Of a DNA stretch of 64,000 nucleotides, positions 1 through 9,504 are shown one piece after another. A program made the position numbers and the translations under genes. The number at the start of each line of letters is the position of its first letter. The first letter of the stretch is position 1. The notes below the pieces were generated by a model. The model searched no databases. It worked only from the letters and a program-made list of their open reading frames with translations, and had not been told where the DNA came from. Origin of the DNA: Gammaproteobacteria bacterium Ga0077554 (GTDB lineage Bacteria > Pseudomonadota > Gammaproteobacteria > Ga0077554 > Ga007554); NCBI GenBank assembly GCA_001464585.1, contig LNFF01000031.1, forward strand, positions 67,148 through 131,147. Reading direction: 5' to 3'.

Positions 1-819
1 TCGGCCCCCAGCGGGCAATGCTTCACGGGCACGCTGAAGCAAGGCCGCATCCCGCTCAGGTGACCAGATAGTCATCATGTGGCCAAAAATCACCGCATCT
101 ATATCCTTGGGAAAGGGGTCAATGAAAAAATCACCAGGATGCGTATCAATACGCGCTGACAGTCCCGCCTTGGCAATTTTTTTCTTGGCCATTTCACAAG
201 CTGTCTCACCGTCAAAAATAGTGACTTTAAGATTAGGGTGCGCCTGCGCCAGAGTGATGGCATTAGTACCGTCTCCACCCCCGGCATCCACCAGGTGCTT
301 GATCTCGTCGAATACCGGGAGCTTCGCCAAATCAGCATTCGCCGAACGGGAGAGGCTGCTCATGGCATCGTGAAACACTTTTGCGATAAAAGGGTTATGC
401 GGCAAACGATGGTAGATATTGTCCGCATCCCCTTTGAAATGGCGCAGGCCTACGTTCTTGAATTGCTTCAGTGAATCAACAAGGTCGACGGCGGTGGGAT
501 AAACTATGTGGGCTTGCCAACCCAGGACGTCGATCATGTTGTCCGGACTCTCGCGTACAAGCAATCTTTCCACAATTGGTGCATTGCGGAACCGCGCCCC
601 ATCTTTTTGTACGAGCTTGAGTGCGGCAAGGCCGGTCATTAGTATTCTTGCGGGCTGGGACTTGAGTCCGATCTTCGCGGCAATCTCATCCCGCGTCAGG
701 TTAGGGGTCTTTGAAAGCGTGTCAAACACCTCCAGTTGCACACCGGCCCAAAGTAGTTGGAAGGCGGTGTGACCGCAGGCAATAAGCACTAATACATCAA
801 AATCCAAGTCTTCCTTCAT
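1..819 (-). CDS. SAM-dependent O-methyltransferase (Methyltransf_2-like with N-terminal dimerisation HTH), runs off the left edge
   Basis: Absent from the ORF track. Manual translation from ATG at 819 (GGGAG RBS): MKEDLDFDVLVLIACGHTAFQLLWAGVQL..., SAM-binding motif LVDAGGGDG, then GDFF and ...LPAGGR. Confidence 0.85.
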   Translation of the reverse strand, partial: MKEDLDFDVLVLIACGHTAFQLLWAGVQLEVFDTLSKTPNLTRDEIAAKIGLKSQPARILMTGLAALKLVQKDGARFRNAPIVERLLVRESPDNMIDVLGWQAHIVYPTAVDLVDSLKQFKNVGLRHFKGDADNIYHRLPHNPFIAKVFHDAMSSLSRSANADLAKLPVFDEIKHLVDAGGGDGTNAITLAQAHPNLKVTIFDGETACEMAKKKIAKAGLSARIDTHPGDFFIDPFPKDIDAVIFGHMMTIWSPERDAALLQRAREALPAGGR

Positions 820-1020
820 GGTTGTCTCCCGCTTTTCAAAATAGTAAATGAAAGATACACAGAAAGCGATCAGAATGCCACCCTGTGGTTATTACCGGAT
901 GTAACGACCGGTCGACTGGAAACTTTAATCCATCCCCGGATCCTCAGAGTAAGGATCACATCTTGAATGAAGCGCCGACTTGACCCAGGCATGTCGGGTT
1001 CGGGGGGTGCAAAAAGCAGG

Positions 1021-2085
1021 TCAGTTCGTGTGTGCAGCGCTACATATAATTTCATTTAACGGTAGTCGACCCGAAACCTTGATTACGCCAATGGGCTTGC
1101 CTATACGCAATAGGCAATGCACGGTATTCTCATGGCCATACTCGGAACGGACGCGGTTTTGCAGCGCCAAGGCATGAGGGATGCATTGCTCCGGCACGCT
1201 GTTTAACTCCAGTCTGTTCAGTAAATCAGCCACCACATAATAAGGCTGGGCTGATAAGCCCTGCTCGGTCACGCTCAACCACACTTGTTGCAGGCAGCGT
1301 CCGGCATCAAAGGCTGCTGCATGATCGGAAGATCCAATGATCGCGACAACCAAGGGCGCTTTCTGGAAATTAGCTGCTTCGATAGCGGCAAACAATTTGT
1401 ATGCCCGGATACGGTTCAACCATTGTAGCCGATTCCAATCGGACATCAACTTCAGCAAACCCACGCCTCCGGGCGGCAATGCCAGTGTATCGACATGCAG
1501 GCCGCTAGCAAAATCTTCCGGCGAATCACCGTAGCGCAGACTTGCCGCAAACCACTCATTTGCCTCACGGGTCTGGAAACGGATCTCCGAAGCCTGTCTG
1601 ACCCAATCCGCTGTTTGACGGATACCGGCTCCCATAATTGTCCTGACGCCCACGTTATTAACCTGACAAGCCGCCAGCCGGTGAGCGACATCTGGGGCAA
1701 TCTCGGGACGATAGGGTAAACGATTTGTGTGGCGCAGTTTCCAAAGAGGTGTGTTGGATGGTTCAATGGCATTTGCTTGCCCCGTTACAGGGCCTCGCGC
1801 AAAAACGCCATCTTCATCAGGTATACCAAGATACCAAGAGGCCATATCCAAGCCAAGGGACTGCATTGCCCAAACCAGATTTTCGGCAGCAGCGCCCAAT
1901 GCAAGCCTGGTGGCGTGATAATCAGCCGGGAAGCCACCACGACGGCGTACCCGACCAGTCAGGGTGCTGGTATTATTATCCCAGTCAAAACACCATGGCT
2001 GGGAATTGTCAGCGGAGGGAGCGCTCCCGGCCGCTTCTATCAAAAATGCAACTTCTGGAATATAGAGTTTAGGTGTGGATATCAT
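1021..2085 (-). CDS. Nitroreductase-like (Acg/Rv3131-type) protein
   Basis: APSADNSQPW and RHTNR motifs and C-terminal GR.LQ.VWL, typical of this FMN-binding family. Confidence 0.8.
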   Translation of the reverse strand: MISTPKLYIPEVAFLIEAAGSAPSADNSQPWCFDWDNNTSTLTGRVRRRGGFPADYHATRLALGAAAENLVWAMQSLGLDMASWYLGIPDEDGVFARGPVTGQANAIEPSNTPLWKLRHTNRLPYRPEIAPDVAHRLAACQVNNVGVRTIMGAGIRQTADWVRQASEIRFQTREANEWFAASLRYGDSPEDFASGLHVDTLALPPGGVGLLKLMSDWNRLQWLNRIRAYKLFAAIEAANFQKAPLVVAIIGSSDHAAAFDAGRCLQQVWLSVTEQGLSAQPYYVVADLLNRLELNSVPEQCIPHALALQNRVRSEYGHENTVHCLLRIGKPIGVIKVSGRLPLNEIICSAAHTN

Positions 2086-2368
2086 AGTTTTCCCCTCTCA
2101 TTCTTCATAACCTTCACTCACCCCCTGCCCCGCAATAGCAATCCTTTTGCCTCGCAGGATGTACTGCTCCGAGCACCGTTGAGGAATCTTAAGCAAGATC
2201 CCTCAATAATGATATGTACCATCCTACTCTTTGGGACATAATTGATTATATTAAAAATTTTTACCACTATCTAAGGAGGAGCACTCACTGTCAACGGGTT
2301 TTAATCCACACTTTTCATGATAGTACAAAACCAATTCGACGGTGATTTTATTTTAGTAAAAAGCTAAT

Positions 2369-2434
2369 AAATTGATTAGCTTGATATTTAATTGTCTCTT
2401 TTTTGAGACAATTAAATATCAAGCTAATCAATTT
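2369..2434. repeat. Perfect 30-bp inverted repeat with 6-nt spacer
   Basis: aaattgattagcttgatatttaattgtctc-tttttt-gagacaattaaatatcaagctaatcaattt. Confidence 0.95.
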
Positions 2435-2457
2435 CCATTCTCAAAAAGCAGGCTATC

Positions 2458-2475
2458 TGTCTCCTCATAGAGACA
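2458..2475. promoter_or_regulatory. Second TGTCTC-N6-GAGACA palindrome, candidate enhancer-binding-protein site
   Basis: tgtctc-ctcata-gagaca has the same core and spacing as the centre of the 30-bp inverted repeat (2393-2410). Confidence 0.6.
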
Positions 2476-2538
2476 ATAATATCTCCCAATAAAACTATAA
2501 AATTAAATATGTATATGATTTTATTAATCTATTTAATT

Positions 2539-2555
2539 TTGGCCGAATTCTTGCA
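2539..2555 (+). promoter_or_regulatory. Sigma54 (-24/-12) promoter
   Basis: TTGGCCGAATTCTTGCA has exact GG-N10-GC spacing and lies upstream of the first acyltransferase. Confidence 0.7.
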
Positions 2556-2731
2556 TATAACGCTCCTTGGGCATCTTTGATGTTTAGGTTGTACCGGGTA
2601 ATGAGCAAGGGTTATTCCTGCGATTTTTTCAAAGAAAAATCCAGCACCCATCCAAAATATTACCGTACAATTTCTGGGCAACGGACAATATGACAGGGCT
2701 AGTCTCAGCAGGGACGGCAGGAGAGCTAATT

Positions 2732-3610
2732 ATGATTAACCGAGACATGGGCGAGCAAGTAATCGGCACCATAAAAAATAAAAATATATTGAATACAGGT
2801 GCATCACATTCATCCGGTGGTTTATCCCCCTTACACACACATAACATCAACGAATTAATCAAGAGCTTTTCACGACATTTCGAGATAGTGTCAGCAACTA
2901 CGGAGGAAGAAATCAGGCAGTCCTGGAAATTACGTTATCAGGTGTATAGTGTAGAAAATCACTTTGAAAACCCGGATGATAATCCTGACCAGTTAGAACG
3001 TGATGAGTATGACGCACATTCTGCCCATAGCCTGTTAATACATCGCGCAACGGGATTGGTCGTTGGTACGGTAAGGCTGATTCTCCCCAATCCTGCCAGC
3101 GTTGATGCTTTATTTCCCATTGAAGCGCATTGCGGAACGAGCTTTAATGGAGAAGCATTTAATCGCGCCACTTTGCCACGGCGCTCTTTGGCAGAAATCT
3201 CTCGTTTTGCCATATCGAAGGAATTTAAAAGAAGAATTCCTGATAAAAGTAATGTATTTGGTTCTCCCGATATTAACCAGGGACTCCAGCAGGAGATGGC
3301 TGATTTGGAGCGGCGGCTGATCCCTCACATTACTGTCGGGTTATTTGCTGCAATAGTACGTATGAGCGCAATGCATGGCATTACCCACTGGTATGCAGTA
3401 ATGGAGCCGGCGTTGCTACGCCTCTTGAAGCAGTTCAGTATCAACTTCCAGCCCGTTGGTTCCGCAGTTAATTACCATGGAAAACGCTACCCATGTGTTG
3501 CAACGGCCAGGGATGTGCTTGCACAAATGGAAGTTGGTTGCCCTGAAATCTGGAGACTTATTACCGATGAAGGCAGAATCTGGCCTTCCGCACATTCTCA
3601 GGCAGCATAG
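2732..3610 (+). CDS. PEP-CTERM/exosortase-associated acyltransferase (N-acyl amino acid synthase type), paralogue 1
   Basis: LRYQVY..E..FE, E.DEYDAHSAHSLL, VGTVRL, AEISRFAISKEFKRR, YAVMEP.L.RLL, V.YHG.R.P. Start moved to ATG 2732 (AGGAGAG RBS). Confidence 0.85.
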   Translation: MINRDMGEQVIGTIKNKNILNTGASHSSGGLSPLHTHNINELIKSFSRHFEIVSATTEEEIRQSWKLRYQVYSVENHFENPDDNPDQLERDEYDAHSAHSLLIHRATGLVVGTVRLILPNPASVDALFPIEAHCGTSFNGEAFNRATLPRRSLAEISRFAISKEFKRRIPDKSNVFGSPDINQGLQQEMADLERRLIPHITVGLFAAIVRMSAMHGITHWYAVMEPALLRLLKQFSINFQPVGSAVNYHGKRYPCVATARDVLAQMEVGCPEIWRLITDEGRIWPSAHSQAA

Positions 3611-3618
3611 GAACACCG

Positions 3619-3650
3619 GTGTGACGTAGGTGGCTCTTACGTCACGCTTT
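3619..3650 (+). terminator. Possible intrinsic terminator
   Basis: gtgacgta...tacgtcac hairpin followed by a short T run just after the stop codon. Confidence 0.4.
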
Positions 3651-4018
3651 CCCCTTGGATGATTCGCGCCAGGCGCTGGCTCCTCTTTTTGGCCGTATGG
3701 TGATTGGTTTATTCAAAGACAACATCAAGCTTTAACCCCGCCTATACCCATCCCTCTATCACCATCTAATTTCACTACATATCGCCATCACCTGCCCGAT
3801 GAGCAATTTATTGGAGCCGGGCAGCTTTGACGGGAACTTTGTGATGTTGCGCACACTTTATGAAGCACTCACCTGAACATCAGCACATGTTCTCACAATA
3901 AAAAATTCATTAAAGTGTGATTTATGTCCGGACAGCGGCGCTTTTCCGGCGTAAGGTTGGAACATCTTAAAAGTTATCAGGATCCGGTTTGATCCATCAA
4001 GGACCAGGAGTGATAAAA

Positions 4019-4810
4019 GTGAATGAGCTAACGGAGAGTTTTTCCAAATATTTTAAAGTGGCAGTTGTGGCGCCAGGCGATGATGCATCGTTACGACAAG
4101 CACTGCATTTACGCTATCAGGTGTATTGTATAGAGCATCCTTTCGAAAAACCTGCGGGCACGGATGAAATCGAGCAGGATGAGTTTGATACATATTCCGC
4201 CCATAGCCTTTTACTCAGCCGCCGCAACGATGAGGTGGTGGGCACTGTGCGACTGGTCTTACCCCGGCGGGAACAGCCGCATATCTTGTTTCCCATTGAG
4301 CAGCATTGCGGAAAATTCTTTGATAAAAAATTGTTTGACACCAGCACGTTGCCCCGTGGTTCTATAGCCGAAATATCGCGTTTTGCAATTTCAAAAGAGT
4401 TCAAGAAACGCCTCATGGATACCGAATATCCCTGGGGTGCCAGTAATTTAAATGAACACGAAACAGAACATATGAAGGTGCTGGAACGTCGCATCATTCC
4501 CCATATCACATTAGGTTTGTTTTTAGCGATAGTGCGCATGAGTGTGCGGCATAATATTACGCATTGGTATGCGGTAATGGAACCGGCATTACTGCGTTTA
4601 TTGAAAAAATTTAGCATTGAATTTATACCGCTTAGCCCCATGGTTGATTACCATGGCAGCCGACAACCTTGTGTAGCAGAACTTGCGACGGTATTAGCGT
4701 CTATGGAACGCAATTGCCCGGACGTTTGGGCGCTGATTACCGACAATGGTGCGACATGGCACAGCGCGCTCGAAGCAGAGCAACACGCCTCCGTTAAACG
4801 CGTGGCATAA
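4019..4810 (+). CDS. PEP-CTERM/exosortase-associated acyltransferase, paralogue 2
   Basis: Same motif set as paralogue 1. GTG start at 4019 after AGGAG. Confidence 0.85.
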   Translation: MNELTESFSKYFKVAVVAPGDDASLRQALHLRYQVYCIEHPFEKPAGTDEIEQDEFDTYSAHSLLLSRRNDEVVGTVRLVLPRREQPHILFPIEQHCGKFFDKKLFDTSTLPRGSIAEISRFAISKEFKKRLMDTEYPWGASNLNEHETEHMKVLERRIIPHITLGLFLAIVRMSVRHNITHWYAVMEPALLRLLKKFSIEFIPLSPMVDYHGSRQPCVAELATVLASMERNCPDVWALITDNGATWHSALEAEQHASVKRVA

Positions 4811-5025
4811 TACAGCGCTCCCCCGCCTACGTAGCAGGCATTACCTTGCCCGTGCTAATTGTGTACTTTAATGCCCGCCATTCAGCGAAAATGGGGTGTC
4901 CAGCGCTCTACGAAATGTAGCCATTCATTCAGCCTGTCCTGTCGTGCCTGGAGGCACCTACTTCTGGCGCACACAGCGCACGCTACTCGTGTTTCGGTTA
5001 ACGCCGCGCATGGTCAGATGCTGCC

Positions 5026-5403
5026 TCATGACGCCATCAAATCCTCCACAGCCACGCCCAATACTCTGGATAGCGCGAGCAACACGCTGGCTTTACCTTC
5101 GTGCTTTCCCGACTCAATTTGTGACAGATAAGCTTGGCTGATGCCGGCCCGATCCGCCAGTGCGGAGACCGTCAGACGGCGGTGCTCCCGCCATACACGA
5201 ATAGGCGGCTCACCCTCCGCCAGACGGTGCGCAATGCTGGCGGGAACAAGCTCCTCCTCACCACGCTCCAGCCGCACCCGGATGCGGTCATAGTCCTGAA
5301 TATCCTCCAGCAGCTCGGCGCCCTCAATCAGTCGCTTGTATTCCGCATAGGGAATCACCGCATATTCAGGTTCGCCGTTACGCTCGATAATTTGTGCTTT
5401 CAT
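5026..5403 (-). CDS. XRE-family HTH antitoxin (HigA-like)
   Basis: N-terminal PEYAVIPYAEY and C-terminal HTH (IRVWREHRRLT...LA...GISQAYLSQIESG). Confidence 0.85.
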   Translation of the reverse strand: MKAQIIERNGEPEYAVIPYAEYKRLIEGAELLEDIQDYDRIRVRLERGEEELVPASIAHRLAEGEPPIRVWREHRRLTVSALADRAGISQAYLSQIESGKHEGKASVLLALSRVLGVAVEDLMAS

Positions 5404-5570
5404 CGCGTATACACCCCACCTCGCGGGGTCACTTTGATCACCATGATCACCAGCGCCCCACTATCCACCTCAAACACAATCCGCCAATCCCCTGCGCGCA
5501 TCCGGTAACTGGGACGCCCTTCCAGCTTGATGACATTGCGGTGCTGCGGCGTATTCGCGGGCTGATTTGG
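5400..5570 (-). pseudogene. 5'-truncated RelE/ParE-family toxin
   Basis: Frame reads ...NVIKLEGRPSYRMRAGDWRIVFEVDSGALVIMVIKVTPRGGVYTR*. The stop overlaps the antitoxin ATG. An in-frame TGA lies upstream and there is no start for the N-terminal half. Confidence 0.75.
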
Positions 5571-5608
5571 ATGAGTTGTGTGCCAGATAATTCAGTCAAA
5601 CCTGCCTG

Positions 5609-6217
5609 TCAGACATTCTCAAAGAACGCGGTCAGACGCACCTGAAACGCCATGCTCTGCAACTCGACCACGTCGTCTTTCCCAAAGTCATAAAGCGCCC
5701 AATGCCCGGTGCTGTCTCGCCTGAAGCAGTCGGCGCGGAGGCTGCCGGGGTCGATCAGCAGGTATTCCTCCAGCGTGGGGATTTGCCTGTAGATGGCGAA
5801 CTTGTCGCCTCTGTCGAAGGCGGCTGTGGAGTCGGAAAGTACTTCGACGATCAGCCTGGGGTGGCTCATGAACAGTTTGGCCTGGTGGTCGCGTTCGTCA
5901 CAGGTGACGAAGACATCCGGGTAGAAGAAAGCGTTCGCTGTTTCGACCCGGAGTTTCATGTCGGAGATATAGGCGCGGCAGGAGCCTGCGCGCAGGTGAT
6001 CTTTCAGCAGGGCAAACACATTCCCGGCGATTGTCACATGCGTCGTGCAGGGATGCGCAAGTGTCGCGGGAGGCAGGATGCCGGGAGCGACCTCGCGCCT
6101 GGCGCCGACCATGGCGAATACCTCGCCGTTGACATATTCATGTTTTTCGACCTGGGTGTTTTCCCATTCCAGGTAGTCGTCAGGCATCAGGTGTGCAACA
6201 GACTGTGGTAATCCCAT
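5609..6217 (-). CDS. Uma2-family endonuclease-like protein carrying a 17-aa in-frame insertion
   Basis: KHEYVNGEVFAM, YPDVFVTCD, LIVEVLSDST..FDRGDKF..Y..IPTLEEYLLID; inserted peptide VAPGILPPATLAHPCTT. Confidence 0.88.
   Translation of the reverse strand: MGLPQSVAHLMPDDYLEWENTQVEKHEYVNGEVFAMVGARREVAPGILPPATLAHPCTTHVTIAGNVFALLKDHLRAGSCRAYISDMKLRVETANAFFYPDVFVTCDERDHQAKLFMSHPRLIVEVLSDSTAAFDRGDKFAIYRQIPTLEEYLLIDPGSLRADCFRRDSTGHWALYDFGKDDVVELQSMAFQVRLTAFFENV
6044..6092 (+). mobile_element. GGA double-hairpin mini-element, type A, copy 1 (inside Uma2, antisense)
   Basis: cgtgcAGGGAtgcgcAAGTGTCgcgggaggcAGGAtgccgggagcGACc. Confidence 0.85.
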
Positions 6218-6371
6218 TTTTAGACCCTTACTTTGCATTTTCCGCCTGATCAGATAGGGGCGGAGGCAGTTTGAAATAAGTGTAACGTCAGTTTACGCCA
6301 ATCACCAGGGGAGATCGATCTGTCCATCCCGGGAAATTCTGAAAAATTCGTCGCTGACATTGACTTTATCT

Positions 6372-7619
6372 TTACGCTAGTTTCTCCGGAAAGAGTCCCG
6401 GCATCCAACGCGACGCGAGACTGGCGGGGAAGGCCAGACGCAAAGGGACGCGCGTGCTTTCGGAGACCAGTACACCGCGTTCGCTTAAAGCCGCCACGAC
6501 CCGCCGGGCATGTCGCTCACTCACTCCCAGTATGCCTGCCACATCGCTACGCGGCAGCGCTCCCCGGTATAAGATGGCCTCCAGAAGGCTGCCCGCTTTG
6601 GCTGGTAACGTGCCGCCACGGACTTCTTCTTCGACCCACATCAGGATGCGGGTACGCAGCCGATCCGGCTGAACCAGTTCTTCCATAAACTTTACCTGAT
6701 CAAGGCAGGTTTCGAGAAAGAATCGCGTGAAGGACACCAGCGCTTCCTCGCTCAGATTACCCCTGCCGTCCAAGTCATTACGCCGTTGTAAATCGCATTG
6801 CGCAAGATGATTCTTGTAGGTGCTCACATTTCGCGCCAGGCCGCGTGCGATGGACCAGACACCGCCAGTATCGAGAGCGTCCATCAACATCGCATGGGAC
6901 ATCAGGCGCGCCACGCGGCCATTACCATCAAGGAACGGGTGCATCCAAAGTAGTCGGTGATGCGCGGCAGCGGCAGCGATGATAATTTCCGCTTTGCCGA
7001 GATTGCTGTAAGCGCGCTCGAAATGATCAAGAAAGCGCGGCAGTGCGCCAGGGCTGACCGGTATGTGCTGGCCGACCCTGACATGGCGTTGACGCAGTTT
7101 GCCTGGAATGACCCGCAGACGCTCACCCGCGTCTGGATCGTCCGTCCATAGCAGAGCATCGGGCAGCAACTCACCAAACCGCCGGTGAATGTCACAGATA
7201 CCTGCAACACTGGCTGCATGACCACGTAGATTGCCTGCGTCGATCCATTGCTGAACAGCTATATGCGCCTTGGCTTCGAGTTGAAGGTTGCGCTTTTGCA
7301 CGTTGGTGCTGTAGTCGTTCTTCAGCGCGCGCTCGATATCGACCGGATGGGTGTCGTGACCCTCGATCAGGTTGCTGTAGTAACAGTTCATCGCCCGCAC
7401 CAGATCAGCCAGCGCCGTGAGCAGGCCTTGCGGAAGGCTGCGACGAAACCCTGCCGAATACGCCGCCAGCTCGACTGCAAGATCGGCAAGGTCGGCACGT
7501 TGGCGCGAGCTTTCAGCAATCCGCATTGGCTCCATGGAAGACACCCCCTCGCCGCTGTCGGGAGGCGCTGGGATGTCCGGCATTATGGCCGCTTTAATGT
7601 CCTCACAAAAATCCTTCAT
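6372..7619 (-). CDS. Fic-family protein with C-terminal HTH
   Basis: Catalytic HPFLDGNGRVAR motif and N-terminal SNLIEG inhibitory-type motif. Start uncertain. Confidence 0.9.
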   Translation of the reverse strand: MKDFCEDIKAAIMPDIPAPPDSGEGVSSMEPMRIAESSRQRADLADLAVELAAYSAGFRRSLPQGLLTALADLVRAMNCYYSNLIEGHDTHPVDIERALKNDYSTNVQKRNLQLEAKAHIAVQQWIDAGNLRGHAASVAGICDIHRRFGELLPDALLWTDDPDAGERLRVIPGKLRQRHVRVGQHIPVSPGALPRFLDHFERAYSNLGKAEIIIAAAAAHHRLLWMHPFLDGNGRVARLMSHAMLMDALDTGGVWSIARGLARNVSTYKNHLAQCDLQRRNDLDGRGNLSEEALVSFTRFFLETCLDQVKFMEELVQPDRLRTRILMWVEEEVRGGTLPAKAGSLLEAILYRGALPRSDVAGILGVSERHARRVVAALSERGVLVSESTRVPLRLAFPASLASRWMPGLFPEKLA

Positions 7620-7817
7620 AATTATTATACTATCATGTATTTATAGTTTAGTTAATGGATTTTTAGGGTTATTTTGGCCGGTTAAAAGGCCGCTTATCAG
7701 GCCGCCTTGGCCGTCTCGCCTAGCCAGAATAGGAGCCTCTAGGCCAGGTGCCTTTTTGGTGCTGAAGCGGATTACATACAGGGCGTGTGACCTCTATCCC
7801 GCGTCTGCACCAACGTG

Positions 7818-9029
7818 CTAAATCAAACCCCGTGCCAGTCGCACTTTAATTCCGCCATTGCGCAGCGAAAATGAGGTATCCACCGTGAGACGTGTTTGCG
7901 CCAGCAATGCCTGGTCGTTGCATAGAATAGCCACGTGCCAACCGCGGCATTGGGTACGTAATACGTTACCGAGTTGCGCATAGAGATTACGCAGATCTTT
8001 ATTGCTGCTGACGCGCACGCCATACGGCGGGTTGGTGATGATCCAGCCGGGTGCGGTTGTCGGGCGAATCGCTGAGACCGCTTGACAGGTGAACTGTATG
8101 TGCTGCGCCACCCCGGCGCGTTCGGCGTTTTCCTGAGCCATGCGGACGGCGCCTGCATCCCGGTCGGAGGCGATAATCCGGCAACCCGGCGGTAATTCAA
8201 TTCTCATCGCCGCTTGGGATTCCGCCAGCAACGCTGTCCAGCGTTTTTCGTCAAAACCCGGCCAGTCCATAAACGCGAAGCGCCGCTGGCGGCCTGGGGC
8301 GGCGCCCAGCGCCAGCAGGGCGGCTTCGATGGGGACAGTACCCGAACCACAAAATGGGTCGATCAAGGGCGTTGCAGTGTCCCACGGCGCGGCCAGCAGC
8401 AATGCAGCGGCAAGGGTTTCACGCAACGGCGCCTTGGCGACGGCCTGACGATAGCCCCGGCGGTGCAGCAGTTCGCCAGACGAATCCACGCTTACGGTGC
8501 AATGATTATGCGACAACTGCACCACAACCAGTTGAGAAGGTCGCTCCCGGCATCCTGCCTCTGGCGACACTTGTGCATCCATGCACGGCGGATTGGTGGC
8601 CTCCTCGTCCCCCAGCTTCTGACGCACGATGGGTTTACCCAAGCTGTCGGCAATCGCACCGGCGATGCGCTCGGCTACGGCGTCGGCATGGTACAGCTTC
8701 GATGCTTTACAGGTGGCGCGAATCGCCACTGGTTGACCGGGCACCAGGTAGCGTTGCCAATCCAGACGGCTGGCTTTTTTGCGTAGTTCGGAAAATGCGG
8801 CGGCGCTGAAATCACCGACACGCACCAGCACACGGCTGGCGGTGCGCAGGTGCAGATTGGCGCGGTACAGGGCGTCCAGATCGCCCTGAAAGGCAACACC
8901 GCCCTGCTCTGCAGTGGGAAGTAGATTAAGACGCTGCAATTCCTGCGTGGTGAGCGCTTCACACCCCGGTGCAGTAACGGCAAAAAATGAATTCGCTCGA
9001 GATGCGGTATTAATGGTGGTGCCCACCAT
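7818..9029 (-). CDS. THUMP-domain RNA methyltransferase (RlmL/YpsC-like) with 17-aa insertion
   Basis: LHRRGYR, APLRETLAAALL, DPFCGSGT, ITNPPYG. Start uncertain because the frame overlaps the slyD end. Confidence 0.85.
   Translation of the reverse strand: MVGTTINTASRANSFFAVTAPGCEALTTQELQRLNLLPTAEQGGVAFQGDLDALYRANLHLRTASRVLVRVGDFSAAAFSELRKKASRLDWQRYLVPGQPVAIRATCKASKLYHADAVAERIAGAIADSLGKPIVRQKLGDEEATNPPCMDAQVSPEAGCRERPSQLVVVQLSHNHCTVSVDSSGELLHRRGYRQAVAKAPLRETLAAALLLAAPWDTATPLIDPFCGSGTVPIEAALLALGAAPGRQRRFAFMDWPGFDEKRWTALLAESQAAMRIELPPGCRIIASDRDAGAVRMAQENAERAGVAQHIQFTCQAVSAIRPTTAPGWIITNPPYGVRVSSNKDLRNLYAQLGNVLRTQCRGWHVAILCNDQALLAQTRLTVDTSFSLRNGGIKVRLARGLI
8539..8587 (-). mobile_element. GGA double-hairpin mini-element, type A, copy 2 (inside the methyltransferase, sense)
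   Basis: Reverse complement cgtgcATGGAtgcacAAGTGTCgccagaggcAGGAtgccgggagcGACc differs from copy 1 at 4 of 49 nt; encodes CMDAQVSPEAGCRERP. Confidence 0.85.
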
Positions 9030-9504
9030 CGCCATGCACATGACGATGGGCGATTTCTTCCACCGTGGCAGCCCGCACACCGACAATTTCCACTTCAAAC
9101 GTCAGCGTTTTACCTGCCAGCGGATGATTGGTATCAATGTCCAGCGTTTTCAATCCCGCCTTGATCACAATCGCCGGACGCGCGCCATGTTCAGTATTTA
9201 ATTGCACGACACTGCCGGGTTTGTAAGTGACTTTTTTCTTGCTGTCATTAATTACATGCTTGAGGGAGATGCGTTGCTGCGAGCCTTCTTGCCGCATGCC
9301 ATAAGCCTGCTCGGGCGTGAGTGTAACGCTCAACTGGTCACCCGCCTGTTTGCCCGCCATCGCATTTTCCAATCCCTGCAACATGCCTTGATACCCGTGC
9401 AAATAAACCACCGGGTTGCCTTTGCGTGAATCATCAATCACATCATGGCCGGGTTCGCTCATGCGGTAATGAAACGTCACGACTTTGTTTTTTTCAATTA
9501 ACAT
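9010..9504 (-). CDS. slyD: FKBP-type peptidyl-prolyl isomerase SlyD
   Basis: YLHG...GLE.A..GK..GD, D.NHPLAGKTL.FEVE...VR.AT.EEI.H.HVHG, His-rich tail. Confidence 0.9.
   Translation of the reverse strand: MLIEKNKVVTFHYRMSEPGHDVIDDSRKGNPVVYLHGYQGMLQGLENAMAGKQAGDQLSVTLTPEQAYGMRQEGSQQRISLKHVINDSKKKVTYKPGSVVQLNTEHGARPAIVIKAGLKTLDIDTNHPLAGKTLTFEVEIVGVRAATVEEIAHRHVHGDGGHHH

Noticed and set aside
870..1055. Small ORF between the nitroreductase and methyltransferase as a RiPP precursor
   Set aside because: It overlaps the upstream gene and has no clear RBS or leader/core pattern.
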